From positions 64,001 to 128,000 of the forward strand of contig CBDBMJ010000003.1 in assembly GCA_965207455.1 (NCBI GenBank): a DNA stretch of 64,000 nt, given 5' to 3'. The notes beneath the pieces are model-generated. The model did not search any database, was not told the origin of the DNA, and saw only the letters and a program-made list of their open reading frames with translations. Shown one piece after another: positions 18,327 to 28,386 of the stretch. Every line of letters begins with the position of its first letter. The first letter of the stretch is position 1. The stretch is from Bdellovibrionota bacterium. GTDB taxonomy: Bacteria > Bdellovibrionota > UBA1018 > CAIPTA01 > JAALKR01. The position numbers and the translations under genes were made by a program.

Positions 18327-19260
18327 AAAGTTTTAAAACTGCTCTATATTTCTCACCAGACATGGGTACATAACCTACCTCAGAAGCAATATTTTCCACA
18401 TTCTGCAAATAAAACTGCACGAACTTTCTTAGTCCTGGAATCTTTTTTGCTTCTTTCATATTTACATAAATAAAAATAGGCCGGGATAAGGGCTTGTAAC
18501 TTCCAGTCCTAATACTTTCCATTGCTGGTGCCACAGGTGGAGCTTTTTTATTAGCAATGGGTACCGCACGAATTTTATCTTTATTTTCTTTGTAATAAGC
18601 GTAGCCAAAGAAGCCTAAGGAATATTTACTATTGGCCACACCAATAACAAGAACGTTATCATCTTCACTTTTCGTATAATCCGACCTACATCGTTGGGAT
18701 TTTCCATTAATGTTTTTTGTAAAATAGTCGAAAGTACCAGAGTCTCCCCCTGGACCGTAAAGCTGTAGTGGTTTGTTGGGCCAACTTGGTCGCACATCCC
18801 TCCAAGTTTTCACAGGACTATTTCTATCCCATATTTTTTTCAATTCTTTAACGCTAAGATAATCTGCCCATGTATTATCCTTATGAACCACAATAGATAT
18901 TCCATCGTACGCCACGGGTAACTCCAAGTATGAAATATTATTTTTCTTACTCCTTTCTATCTCGTTTGGTTTAATTTGTCGGGAAGCATTGTTAATATGG
19001 GTTGTTCCTCCAAGAAACTTCTTAAATCCTCCACCAGTTCCTGATATACCAATCACCACATTGATTTTTGGGTGGACTTTGCGCATTTCTTCTGCAACAG
19101 CCTCAGTAACAGGATAGACCGTACTCGAGCCATCAACCTGCAAAACCTTGCTGTTATTTCCACCTTTTGTACAGCTCGCTACCAAAACCAAAGCAAGACA
19201 AGCAAAACAAGCAAAACAAGCAAAACCTATGGATACACCTCTCATGCTATTTTTTTTCAT
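18301..19260 (-). CDS. pstS: Phosphate-binding lipoprotein PstS
   Basis: DGSSTVYP, SGTGGGFKKF, SGTFDYF, Y.PLSRPIFIY; likely start 19260. Confidence 0.96.
   Translation of the reverse strand: MKKNSMRGVSIGFACFACFACLALVLVASCTKGGNNSKVLQVDGSSTVYPVTEAVAEEMRKVHPKINVVIGISGTGGGFKKFLGGTTHINNASRQIKPNEIERSKKNNISYLELPVAYDGISIVVHKDNTWADYLSVKELKKIWDRNSPVKTWRDVRPSWPNKPLQLYGPGGDSGTFDYFTKNINGKSQRCRSDYTKSEDDNVLVIGVANSKYSLGFFGYAYYKENKDKIRAVPIANKKAPPVAPAMESIRTGSYKPLSRPIFIYVNMKEAKKIPGLRKFVQFYLQNVENIASEVGYVPMSGEKYRAVLKLFEQELAKQ
19191..19226. repeat. 9-bp tandem repeat (AAGCAAAAC x~4) in pstS signal peptide
   Basis: Encodes FAC-FAC-FAC-LA. Confidence 0.85.
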
Positions 19261-19331
19261 CCCACTGACCTCCTTTTTGCCCTTTCTATAACTCTCCTTA
19301 TAGGTAAGAAATATTAGCAAAGTGTGAGAAA

Positions 19332-20744
19332 TCAGGGAGATTGTAAAAAAATTGAGAAATTACTACCCTTGCCCTGCTCACTCAGCACTGTGGCTCTCCC
19401 ACCATGTACTGCCGCTATATGCTTTACAATGGCAAGCCCTAAGCCCGTGCCTCCCAGATGGCGACTACGAGACTTATCCACACGATAAAATCGCTCAAAT
19501 AAACGGGGTAAATGGACCTGAGCAATGCCCTCCCCGGAATCCACCACAGAAACCATCACTTCTCCATCCTTGTTGCAAGCATTCAGCTCCACCTCACTTC
19601 CAGCGGGACTGTAGTAAATAGAGTTGTCCAATAAATTTACCAACGCCTGCTCCAACAAAGAGGGGTTGGCTAAAACTTGAAGATCCTTGGGACACTTCAC
19701 TCCAAAGCGGATCCCTTGGGCTTGGGCGTTTTGTGAGCAAGCCTCCAGTGCACTTTCCAGTATGGGCAACAAGGCTTTGGACTCCAGCGAAATACCCCTC
19801 CCTTTTTTTTCTATGCGAGACAGTAGCAGTAAATCTTCCGTAATGGCATGTAGTCGATTGGTGTGCTTGAGAACAATAGTTAAAAAATTTTTCCTTTCTT
19901 CCTCCTTAAGGTTTTTACTCTCTAGGAGCGTTTCCACAAATCCTTTAATAGAGGTAAGGGGGGTGCGCAGTTCATGGGAAATATTTTCCATAAATTCTTT
20001 GCGATGGTTTTCTAGTTGGTGCATACGAGTGGTATCGTAGAATACTAACAAAACACCAATATCCTCCCCACTGGCTCCCAATAAATGACTACTGTTGACA
20101 TACCAAAAAATTTCATCCAATCCCATATTTACTTCCACCCCTGAATTGTGAGAGCTCGTATCCCTAAGTGCCTCTTTGGCAATTTTCAACAACTCAGGTA
20201 TGCGTATAACCTCCTCCACAGCTCTACCACGAGCCTTCTCCCCAGAAACTTGCAGTAGGTTAGCTGCCACTTCGTTGAGCTGAACAATATGCCCCTGCCT
20301 ATCGATAGCAATCACTCCTTCCATCATACTGGAAAGCATGGCCTCCTGTTCCTGCTTTTGTTCAGAAATAGTACGGAGACGATTTTTAAGTTGGTTGCCC
20401 ATTCGATTTAGTGCCACACCCAAACTATGGATTTCCACCGCACTAAAGTGAGATAAATCTACCCTACCCGTAAAATCCCCCTTAGAAATTCGCTTAGCTT
20501 TATTGCGGATGGCTTCCAATGGACGACTTATCCGACGAGAATAAACCAAACTCACCAAAGAAATCAAAATAATAACTACAAGCCCTATCCATATAAACTC
20601 CTTATACAAAGGGGAGAGAAGTTTTATTATATCCGTTTCAGGCATACCAACATATACTGCCAGCCCGATAAAAATAAGAAGCAGTGAAAAGGTAATTACA
20701 AAATAAGATGTGTAGAGTTGCCAAAACAATTTTTTTCGTCGCAT
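19332..20744 (-). CDS. phoR: PhoR-like sensor histidine kinase (HAMP-PAS-HisKA-HATPase)
   Basis: ISHELRTPLTSIKG, RLFERFYRVDKSRSR, GGTGLGLAIVKH; pst context. Confidence 0.92.
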   Translation of the reverse strand: MRRKKLFWQLYTSYFVITFSLLLIFIGLAVYVGMPETDIIKLLSPLYKEFIWIGLVVIILISLVSLVYSRRISRPLEAIRNKAKRISKGDFTGRVDLSHFSAVEIHSLGVALNRMGNQLKNRLRTISEQKQEQEAMLSSMMEGVIAIDRQGHIVQLNEVAANLLQVSGEKARGRAVEEVIRIPELLKIAKEALRDTSSHNSGVEVNMGLDEIFWYVNSSHLLGASGEDIGVLLVFYDTTRMHQLENHRKEFMENISHELRTPLTSIKGFVETLLESKNLKEEERKNFLTIVLKHTNRLHAITEDLLLLSRIEKKGRGISLESKALLPILESALEACSQNAQAQGIRFGVKCPKDLQVLANPSLLEQALVNLLDNSIYYSPAGSEVELNACNKDGEVMVSVVDSGEGIAQVHLPRLFERFYRVDKSRSRHLGGTGLGLAIVKHIAAVHGGRATVLSEQGKGSNFSIFLQSP

Positions 20745-20747
20745 AAT

Positions 20748-21464
20748 TTATTCCTTAAATCGATAGCCTATGCCTCGAATAGTCTCCACCCAATCTCCAT
20801 GTTTACCTAGCTTTTTTCGTAACCCCACAATTTGTACATCCACGGATCGATCCGTAACAGGATAGTTTGGCCCCTGAACCCCTTGAACAATTTGATTTCG
20901 CGTAAACACCCAACCAGGATGGGTGGCCAAGTATGTGAGCAAGCGAAATTCAGTTACACTTAAAGGAAGTGCTTTGCCATGTATGCTCACCTCATGCTTG
21001 CCCACATGAATATAAAGACCATGAATTTTAATTTCTTCCCTCTCCTCCCAACCAGAGCTTGGCTGTTTTTTTGTTCCCTCACTTCTTCTCAATAACGTTT
21101 TCACACGAGCCACAAGCAAACGTAGGCTGAAGGGTTTTGTAATATAGTCATCAGCCCCCATTTCCAGACCAGCGATAATGTTTTCTTCGTTGCCCTTAGC
21201 AGTCACCATAATAATAGGAATGTGGGCTGTACTTGAATCGTTCTTCAATTGTCGACAAACATCCATGCCACTCATGGACGGCAACATTAAGTCAAGAAGG
21301 GTGATATCTATGGGGTCGAGCGAAGAGTTCCGAATCCTTTCCAACCCCTTTTCCCCTGAAAAAGAACCTGATACATTATAACCCTCCTGGATCAAAGTAT
21401 AGCGAAGCAAGTTTAGTATATCTTCCTCGTCTTCGATAATATGTACGTTGGCTTTCATCCCCAC
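20748..21464 (-). CDS. phoB: PhoB/OmpR-family response regulator
   Basis: LLDLMLP, GADDYITKPFS, R.VDV.I..LRKKL, TIRGIGYRF. Confidence 0.9.
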   Translation of the reverse strand: MGMKANVHIIEDEEDILNLLRYTLIQEGYNVSGSFSGEKGLERIRNSSLDPIDITLLDLMLPSMSGMDVCRQLKNDSSTAHIPIIMVTAKGNEENIIAGLEMGADDYITKPFSLRLLVARVKTLLRRSEGTKKQPSSGWEEREEIKIHGLYIHVGKHEVSIHGKALPLSVTEFRLLTYLATHPGWVFTRNQIVQGVQGPNYPVTDRSVDVQIVGLRKKLGKHGDWVETIRGIGYRFKE

Positions 21465-21629
21465 CCTTATATAGCACAGGTACGGAGGATATGGCTTTGG
21501 ATTCTAGTACCGACCCATAGTTAGAGCTGCGCCAAGAGCATTGCTGCAAGCCAAGCAAAAAAATAAAAAACTCATTAAAAACAATAGTTTATGAGCGAAT
21601 AAAAAACCGACTAAATGAGTATATTATTA

Positions 21630-21658
21630 TTGACTTTTATTATAATGCGATGTATAAT
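21630..21658 (+). promoter_or_regulatory. Sigma70 promoter
   Basis: TTGACT-17bp-TATAAT upstream of 21706. Confidence 0.7.
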
Positions 21659-21705
21659 ATTAGCTGAAATAAACGTTAACCTATTTAAAGAAAGGAAGAA
21701 AGAAA

Positions 21706-22056
21706 ATGAAAAAAAGAAAAAACATAATAATACTATTGGCTGGTCTAACTTTGCTTAGTCCTGCTATTGGATCTGCAGAAGGGTGCAAATATGACCAGAG
21801 ATACGATGAGAATGCGAGATTCGAAATTAATCTTCGCGAAAAGCAATTAGACCGGTATCATAGAAGGTTGGATCAAGTGAAGCTTTCAATTTCAATTTTA
21901 GAGGCAGGTAAGATATATGATCAAGACAAGATAGGCGTCGGTGATATAGGCTATAAAATTAAAAAAGTTACTACCTTGATTAATTGTATACGAAAAAAAT
22001 ATAAAAACGGAAATGCGATAGATAACTGTAAAAATTTCGACTTAAAATATGAGTAA
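21706..22056 (+). CDS. Hypothetical small secreted protein
   Basis: Signal peptide, AT-rich, own promoter. Confidence 0.75.
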   Translation: MKKRKNIIILLAGLTLLSPAIGSAEGCKYDQRYDENARFEINLREKQLDRYHRRLDQVKLSISILEAGKIYDQDKIGVGDIGYKIKKVTTLINCIRKKYKNGNAIDNCKNFDLKYE

Positions 22057-22108
22057 ATCAGGACTGAAAACAATATAGCGTAGTCATTCCCGAAAAATCG
22101 AATGCGCT

Positions 22109-23119
22109 TTAGGAGCCCGCTTTCTGGGCTCCCAGCATTTTCTTCAGCAATGTTTTCCAAGCCTCCCATTCTTCCTTTGGTAGTTCAGGGGAGGAGTTGT
22201 TTTTATCTGTAGTTCGTTCTTTTGCCTGTTCCCTCATTTGTTCTTTCATCTGTTCTTTGGCACAAGAGTAGTTCCCTTGGCAGATATTTAATTTTATACG
22301 GGAGAGGGCTGCCTGTGCATTACTTTTCTCTAGTTTCAGTATTTCCGTCATGCGAGTGCTTGCCTGTTCTATTTCTGCATGGGCAAGGCAAAGATTTCTT
22401 GTTGTATTCAAGGGACTTTGTGCCTGCGCTCTAGTCCAATACTCCATGGCAAGTGTTACTTTTCCTTCCTTTTTACAAATGTGGCCCATAAGATCCAGGG
22501 ATTTTAAATGTTCTCCTTTCTTCTCAAAAACTTTTTCCAATAGCTTTTGAGCAAGGTCTAGGTTCTTTTGATTATAGTAGTATCGAGCGGATTCAAAGAG
22601 AACGGTTGTATTGTCGTCGTAGTGAATGAGTAGTTCTTTAAATTGTAAGTCTGAGCCTACATCTCGAGAGTCTTTTTCTGTGGCTAGTGTTTGCATAAGA
22701 TCTCTCTCCCAACGTTCCGGTTCATCTTGTAGTTTTACAAGGGCTTGTCTCATGAGTCCCTTCACCTCGTTCAAGGAAAAAGGATTCTGGATCAGTTGGT
22801 TTATATTCAACTCTCCTGCCAGCACTTTAATATTGTCGTTGATGTTGTCCACGAGGAGTACAAAAAAAGTATAGCTATATAGGCTTAAGCCGCCAATGGA
22901 TCGAATAAATTGCTGGGCGCTAAAGCCAGAAAAGGAGAATGCGCAAATCACTATATTTACTGGGCGCTTTAGAAACACCTCTTTTGCACTTTCGATGGTT
23001 TCGCAAAAGGAAATCTTTGTATTTTCAATAGCGCAAAAATACCGTTCTATGGCAGCCATGCTCGTCATTCTTTCCCCGATAATCAGTACCGTGAATTCTG
23101 TTTTTTTAGAGCTATTCAC
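22109..23119 (-). CDS. Atypical receiver domain + TPR protein
   Basis: CheY-like N-terminus lacking the conserved Asp/Lys; TPR-like helices. Confidence 0.65.
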   Translation of the reverse strand: MNSSKKTEFTVLIIGERMTSMAAIERYFCAIENTKISFCETIESAKEVFLKRPVNIVICAFSFSGFSAQQFIRSIGGLSLYSYTFFVLLVDNINDNIKVLAGELNINQLIQNPFSLNEVKGLMRQALVKLQDEPERWERDLMQTLATEKDSRDVGSDLQFKELLIHYDDNTTVLFESARYYYNQKNLDLAQKLLEKVFEKKGEHLKSLDLMGHICKKEGKVTLAMEYWTRAQAQSPLNTTRNLCLAHAEIEQASTRMTEILKLEKSNAQAALSRIKLNICQGNYSCAKEQMKEQMREQAKERTTDKNNSSPELPKEEWEAWKTLLKKMLGAQKAGS

Positions 23120-23263
23120 TATCCATTAATTATAAGTCACCTTGGGGGTGAGAAAAAATAGAATTGCCACAAAAATGATGCGCACTGTAGCTTGCTTTCG
23201 GCCTCCACACAATAATTAAAAACTGTCTTTACAAGACTTCGGTATCTGCTTAAAATATAACTC

Positions 23264-23782
23264 ATGCCCTTCTCTGAGTATAAAAAATACTACACCCTTT
23301 TCTTCCTATCCCTTGGAATCATTACTCTCGATCAGGTCACAAAATCCCTGATCGTCAAAAAGTTTTATTTAGGGGAGAGTGTGTCTGTTATAAAGAATTT
23401 TTTCGACCTCACCCTTGTACACAATTTCGGTGCGGCCTTTGGCATGTTCTCCAAACTTCCCAGCCATATTCGAGAGCCTTTCTTTATGATTATTCCCATA
23501 ACCATACTTATTGTTATTTTTTTTACCTTCCGAAAATTGACAGACGATAAGGTCTATAGCGTGTTTGGTTTTTCCCTTATTATGAGTGGTGCCGTTGGGA
23601 ATCTCATCGACCGTTTTCGATTTGGTTATGTGGTGGACTTCCTAGACTTCCATTGGTTTAATAAATATCATTTTGCTGCATTCAATGTTGCGGACTCCAG
23701 CATTTGTGTGGGTGTGTTTCTCCTACTGGCTTGTATTGTACTCAAACTGGAATCTTCAGAGGACGAAATCCAAGAAGAATAG
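23264..23782 (+). CDS. lspA: Lipoprotein signal peptidase
   Basis: DQVTK, NFGAAFG, GNLIDR, VVDF, FNVADS. Confidence 0.97.
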   Translation: MPFSEYKKYYTLFFLSLGIITLDQVTKSLIVKKFYLGESVSVIKNFFDLTLVHNFGAAFGMFSKLPSHIREPFFMIIPITILIVIFFTFRKLTDDKVYSVFGFSLIMSGAVGNLIDRFRFGYVVDFLDFHWFNKYHFAAFNVADSSICVGVFLLLACIVLKLESSEDEIQEE

Positions 23783-23802
23783 GGCAGAACAAGCGCCTTC
23801 CC

Positions 23803-24273
23803 CTATGGGTAGAAAACACTCAAGCTTTTCTTAACCTCCACAAAGGTCTTAATATTTCGGGTGTTTGTAATTTTCCACATTTTCGCTTTGTTGCGTATCA
23901 AGTATGCAATTTTTCGTACGGTCATGCGTGCGTTGTCTTTTTTATTTTTCCTGTCGTATATGAGTTCATAGAGGATGCTGACCTTGTCCGTAGATTCTTG
24001 CCTTAAATCCTTGGCTTCAAATCGAACAAATTTATACTTTGGTTCCACCAGTCTCTTGAGGAATTCCTCGTCCGTCATACTTTTTATTTTTTTCAACGCT
24101 TCTCCCGTAAAGTATTCTTCCAGGTCTTTTTTGTCCTGTTCGTTCGTGGATCGAATGGCCACCTTTATATAATTCTCCAAAACTGTTCGAGGATTATCTT
24201 CCTTACCGTGCTTGCTACAAGCAGAAAGTGCAGTCAAGAGGGTGCAAAAAATAAATAATTTAATTGGATACAT
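23803..24273 (-). CDS. Hypothetical lipoprotein
   Basis: Lipobox LSAC. Confidence 0.75.
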   Translation of the reverse strand: MYPIKLFIFCTLLTALSACSKHGKEDNPRTVLENYIKVAIRSTNEQDKKDLEEYFTGEALKKIKSMTDEEFLKRLVEPKYKFVRFEAKDLRQESTDKVSILYELIYDRKNKKDNARMTVRKIAYLIRNKAKMWKITNTRNIKTFVEVKKSLSVFYP

Positions 24274-24985
24274 AACCTGCTCTCCTAATTTCGTTTAAGT
24301 AGTTCTGTAAATCTTTGGCCCAGTCGCCACAATTTTTATTGGTAAACTTTAAACCAATCCCTGCTTTATTCTTTGTTTGCAATCTGGTTTCAACCGTAGC
24401 ATGGAATGTGTGCTGGTCACGAAAACTTAACTCGATATACTGAGGTTTAAACGTCCATGCTTTATTGAGTAAAAAAACAAAACACCCTTGCTCACCTAAG
24501 TTTACCAAGCGAACTTTTTCAAAATTCTCCGACCCCTGCTTATCATACACACATGCAGTGACTCTAGGAATAGCCTTTGGGTACTTCTCCCACCAGGCGC
24601 ATTTGGAGTTGTAGTAGGGCAAGGAAAGGGTTTTTTGTATCCACTCCCCCACCAGAACCAATGCCATGGCCAAAAGAAAAATAACGGCCAAGAGAATATG
24701 CTGGTGTTCGCTCATGGCAAATATGGATGAGCCGGCTGTAACAAGCAGGGTGGTGATGGAATAAAAGGTTTTTCCCAAGGGGTGGAATCGAAAAAGAAAT
24801 ACCCCGCTGATAATCGCCCCCAGGATAGCAAAATTTATATGCCACCAGAACGGCTGGTAACCCACCTCCCAGACCCATGTGATGACTTGAAACCCTTTGC
24901 TATAGAAAATATAGGGAATAACAGCTACCACAGGCAGTAACAGGACAGCCAAAGCCATAGATAGGTGGTAGGATAAATAGCGCAT
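24260..24985 (-). CDS. Membrane protein with C-terminal PilZ-like domain
   Basis: Four TM segments; NLGEQGCF and GIGLKF resemble the PilZ barrel. Confidence 0.6.
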   Translation of the reverse strand: MRYLSYHLSMALAVLLLPVVAVIPYIFYSKGFQVITWVWEVGYQPFWWHINFAILGAIISGVFLFRFHPLGKTFYSITTLLVTAGSSIFAMSEHQHILLAVIFLLAMALVLVGEWIQKTLSLPYYNSKCAWWEKYPKAIPRVTACVYDKQGSENFEKVRLVNLGEQGCFVFLLNKAWTFKPQYIELSFRDQHTFHATVETRLQTKNKAGIGLKFTNKNCGDWAKDLQNYLNEIRRAGYVSN

Positions 24986-25049
24986 ACCTAAAATGTATCA
25001 TTTTCACTACACTCTTTAAAGTTTAAAGTAATGATGCTATGCTGTTGAA

Positions 25050-25658
25050 ATGCCTACTACGGGTCTATTCATTGTTTTCAGTTATCTGGTTGGTTCCATA
25101 CCCTCAGGGGTAATCCTTGCGCGGTTGATGGGCCATGGGGATCCCAGAAAATTCGGTAGTGGCAATACGGGTGCTGCCAATCTCACCCGACTGGGAGGCA
25201 AGCCACTGGGAATGCTTACCTTTCTCTTCGACTTTCTCAAGGGCTTCCTACCCACCCTTGCGGCCCAACTGTATTTACCGCCTCAAGAATGGCTTGTTCC
25301 CACTGTGGCTGCCACCACTGTTGTGGCCCACTGTTATTCCCCGTTCCTGCGTTTTTCTGGTGGAAAGGGCGTGGCCACCAATTTTGGTGCTCTCCTTCCC
25401 TTAGCACCCATTCCTGTGCTAATCGGATCGCTCTCCTGGGGTCTTTGTTACTTTCTGAAAAAAATATCTTCCCTAGCCTCCCTCACCTCGGTGCTAGTAA
25501 TACCCATTGCAATGGCTGTTATGGGCTTGCCCAACTCGGTAATTACCGCTGCATCTTTCCTATGCCTATTAATTTTCTATCGACATAAAAAAAACATCCG
25601 AGACTTGCTGAATAACAAAGAGTGGTCATTCAGTAAAAACCAGAGCAAAAAGCCATAG
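25050..25658 (+). CDS. plsY: Glycerol-3-phosphate acyltransferase
   Basis: YLVGSIP, GSGNTGAAN, GGKGVAT, RHKKNI. Confidence 0.96.
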   Translation: MPTTGLFIVFSYLVGSIPSGVILARLMGHGDPRKFGSGNTGAANLTRLGGKPLGMLTFLFDFLKGFLPTLAAQLYLPPQEWLVPTVAATTVVAHCYSPFLRFSGGKGVATNFGALLPLAPIPVLIGSLSWGLCYFLKKISSLASLTSVLVIPIAMAVMGLPNSVITAASFLCLLIFYRHKKNIRDLLNNKEWSFSKNQSKKP

Positions 25659-25660
25659 CC

Positions 25661-26122
25661 CTACGGAGCCTTCCGCTTCGCCCTCTTATTGTTCTTATTG
25701 GCTTTTGTAGTAGCTAGGCCAAACTTTTTTGCCCCTGCCCTTTTGGCAATATTCATCACCTGCAAGGTCAAGCCCAACATCACTTCCTTATCCCCTGCCA
25801 AGACAACGTTCTTTTGTTTTTGGGTGGCAAGTTTTTCTTTTAAGGCTAGCTCCAGATTGTCCAAGTTAACCCGCTTGTCTCCAAGGTATATATTGTTTTT
25901 ATTGTCGATAGAAATGGTAATACCCTTTGATGGGTTGAGTGAAGAGGCGGCTCCTGCTTTTGGTAAATTCACCTTTACTCCACTTTGGGTGACTGCCGAC
26001 GAGGTAACCATAAAAATAATTAATAAAACAAGGAACACATCTGTGAGAGGAGTGATATTAATCTCCGAAAAAAGGCTCAAGTCCTCGTCCTCTTCCACAA
26101 AAGTATTGTTTAGCATTCCCAC
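25661..26122 (-). CDS. exbD: ExbD/TolR biopolymer transport protein
   Basis: EINITPLTDVFLVLLIIFMVT, VNLP. Confidence 0.9.
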   Translation of the reverse strand: MGMLNNTFVEEDEDLSLFSEINITPLTDVFLVLLIIFMVTSSAVTQSGVKVNLPKAGAASSLNPSKGITISIDNKNNIYLGDKRVNLDNLELALKEKLATQKQKNVVLAGDKEVMLGLTLQVMNIAKRAGAKKFGLATTKANKNNKRAKRKAP

Positions 26123-26130
26123 AAAAATCC

Positions 26131-26748
26131 CTATTGGAGTGTTTTTTCCCAGTCGTCGATAAAACTCTCCAGACCAAGGCGACTTTTCATCACAGCACTT
26201 GCCGCTCGTACCTGAAAAATATTAAAAAATACGGCTGCAATAATGGCCACAATAATTCCAGATGCGGTGGCCACGAGAGCCTCAGAAATACCTTGAGCCA
26301 CTACGGAAAATCCCGTGTTTCCCGTAACTGCAATATCTTTAAAGGCTTGGAGAATTCCCACCACTGTTCCAAAGAGACCTAAAAAGGGTGCTGCATTTCC
26401 TATGGTTCCTAGAATCCACAAGTAGCGTCGGTACTCTTGGGTGAGTTCCAGGCGACTGCGCATATACGTCTTTTGAATGGCTTCAGGACTGTCGCCAGAA
26501 GAACCCATAAGCTTTTTCATAAATCCAGCCTCGGGCGCCCTAGAGTGGGAGCATAGATCCAGTGCTTGGTTCCGTTTATTGCCCTCTATGGCTTGGCTCG
26601 CTCCCTGAAATAGTAGGGTGCTATTTTTATCCGCTTGGTATAAAAACCAACCCCTCTCCAGAACAACGGCCCACGTTATGATGGAACAAATAAGGAGCGG
26701 GTACATAACAAAACCGCCAGCATAAAAAATAGTAAGAATTTCACCCAT
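26131..26748 (-). CDS. exbB: MotA/TolQ/ExbB proton channel protein
   Basis: APFLGLFGTVVGI, GISEALVATASG. Confidence 0.9.
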   Translation of the reverse strand: MGEILTIFYAGGFVMYPLLICSIITWAVVLERGWFLYQADKNSTLLFQGASQAIEGNKRNQALDLCSHSRAPEAGFMKKLMGSSGDSPEAIQKTYMRSRLELTQEYRRYLWILGTIGNAAPFLGLFGTVVGILQAFKDIAVTGNTGFSVVAQGISEALVATASGIIVAIIAAVFFNIFQVRAASAVMKSRLGLESFIDDWEKTLQ

Positions 26749-26813
26749 AAAAAAATGCTAGCCTTTTTTTATTTTTGTGTAAAGTAAAGTGAGAAAGAGA
26801 TTGAGGATATATA

Positions 26814-27818
26814 ATGCTGAAAAGAATAATAGTCAAGAATAAAGCCCTCACTACCATCATCTGCTTCTTGGTTTTTTTTCTAGCCCTGCTCTTGCGACAA
26901 TACATCATACAAAGCAATGACTCCGCTAGCATCTGGGGCCCCCCACCCACCTGCGACAAAAATGATATTACCCATTTCACCCTATCCCAAATAAATGGCG
27001 ACAAAAAAGACTCCAACACCTTTCGACGAACGAATCCCATCAAAAAAAATATTCCCGATTCGGCAAGGGATCTCTCGGCTGCTTGGGAATTTATAGAGCC
27101 GGATCTGGGTGAGGCCGACGCCCAAGTCCTACAGCGACTGGTTGGCTCCATTTGCTCCCTTCCCCTAGGACGTGCCATTCCCTCAAGGGACAAGAAAAAA
27201 CTGGGGCTAGACAATCCAAGGATCAAGGGCAGTCTCCAAAAACCCCAGCCGGACGACCTCCCCCAAGTCTGGCACTTTCAGGTGGGCGGGAAGTATACTA
27301 GCCGTACAGTCGCAATTTTTCTCAAGAAAAACGATGGGTCTTCCGCTGTCTATGAGGCTCCTTTGGGCCTAGAAAAGCTCCTCCAATCCAATACTCAGCG
27401 CTTTCTCAATCGTCGTGTTATGAGAATGCCTCTGGGAAATGTGAACTATGTAAACGTGCAATTTGCGAAACGAAAGGGCTTCACTTTGGAGCGAGGTAGC
27501 TTGGATTGGAAAATGTTAGTGGAAGGGGAGACTGTGGCAGCCCCTAGCGATGAGATCCGTCGTTTTGTTAACAGGCTGGGCACCCTAAGGGCACTAGATA
27601 TTCTAAAAAAATCTGTCACAGAAAAGAAATGTCGCAAACTTGCCGACGCTGCTATCGTGCAAATTGAAGGTATCGGTAACCATAAGGAAACTTTATATTT
27701 TAGCGAACCCCAGGATCTTGCGAATAAGAAAAGAAAACGAATGCTCACCTGTAATAGCCAAAGAAAATCCCTGCTTGGTGTGCATAAAGATATGTGGATG
27801 TATTTAAATACATTATAA
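26814..27818 (+). CDS. Membrane-anchored hypothetical protein (DUF4340-like)
   Basis: N-terminal TM, two internal repeats, LGLDNP motif. Confidence 0.55.
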   Translation: MLKRIIVKNKALTTIICFLVFFLALLLRQYIIQSNDSASIWGPPPTCDKNDITHFTLSQINGDKKDSNTFRRTNPIKKNIPDSARDLSAAWEFIEPDLGEADAQVLQRLVGSICSLPLGRAIPSRDKKKLGLDNPRIKGSLQKPQPDDLPQVWHFQVGGKYTSRTVAIFLKKNDGSSAVYEAPLGLEKLLQSNTQRFLNRRVMRMPLGNVNYVNVQFAKRKGFTLERGSLDWKMLVEGETVAAPSDEIRRFVNRLGTLRALDILKKSVTEKKCRKLADAAIVQIEGIGNHKETLYFSEPQDLANKKRKRMLTCNSQRKSLLGVHKDMWMYLNTL

Positions 27819-27849
27819 ACATAAAATCCCTCTTGACACGATCGACCAT

Positions 27850-28386
27850 ATGCCCTATAAGGAGAGAGAAATGAAAAATATAAAAGTGCCTATTGCAATA
27901 ATTCTACTCCATTCCACCCTTGCCTTCCATTCTGCCTTCGCCTTCACTACAGAAGAACAATGTCCCGACTCTACGTTTAAATTTGCAAAATATGAGTGCA
28001 CCTCAACGACTGGTGAAAAGCATACATACGAAATAAAAAGCCAAGGTTGTGCCACCAAGGAGCTCGATGGAAAGGAGCAATCATACAACTCATTGAAAAT
28101 AACCCAGCAGTCTGATAAAGGTGATGATTCTAAGGAGGAGTTCACTACGTGCATACGTGGGCCCCAATCAGGCAAACATTACTTTCTATGCCATCAACCG
28201 AGCAAGGCTCAGGACATTTGTACAGAAAAAGAGTATTTAGTTTTTAATTTTGGGGAAATGGAAGATAAGTTTGGAGGAGAGAAAAGCTTACTGTTTGCTG
28301 CAAAATATATATGTGGCAAGCTTGAAGAGTACTCCTATTATATCGAGTACAATAAGTGCTCGCAAATCTTCCTAGACACCCCTTAA
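27850..28386 (+). CDS. Hypothetical secreted Cys-rich protein
   Basis: Signal peptide (AFA), 8 Cys; second Met follows an AAGGAG RBS. Confidence 0.75.
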   Translation: MPYKEREMKNIKVPIAIILLHSTLAFHSAFAFTTEEQCPDSTFKFAKYECTSTTGEKHTYEIKSQGCATKELDGKEQSYNSLKITQQSDKGDDSKEEFTTCIRGPQSGKHYFLCHQPSKAQDICTEKEYLVFNFGEMEDKFGGEKSLLFAAKYICGKLEEYSYYIEYNKCSQIFLDTP

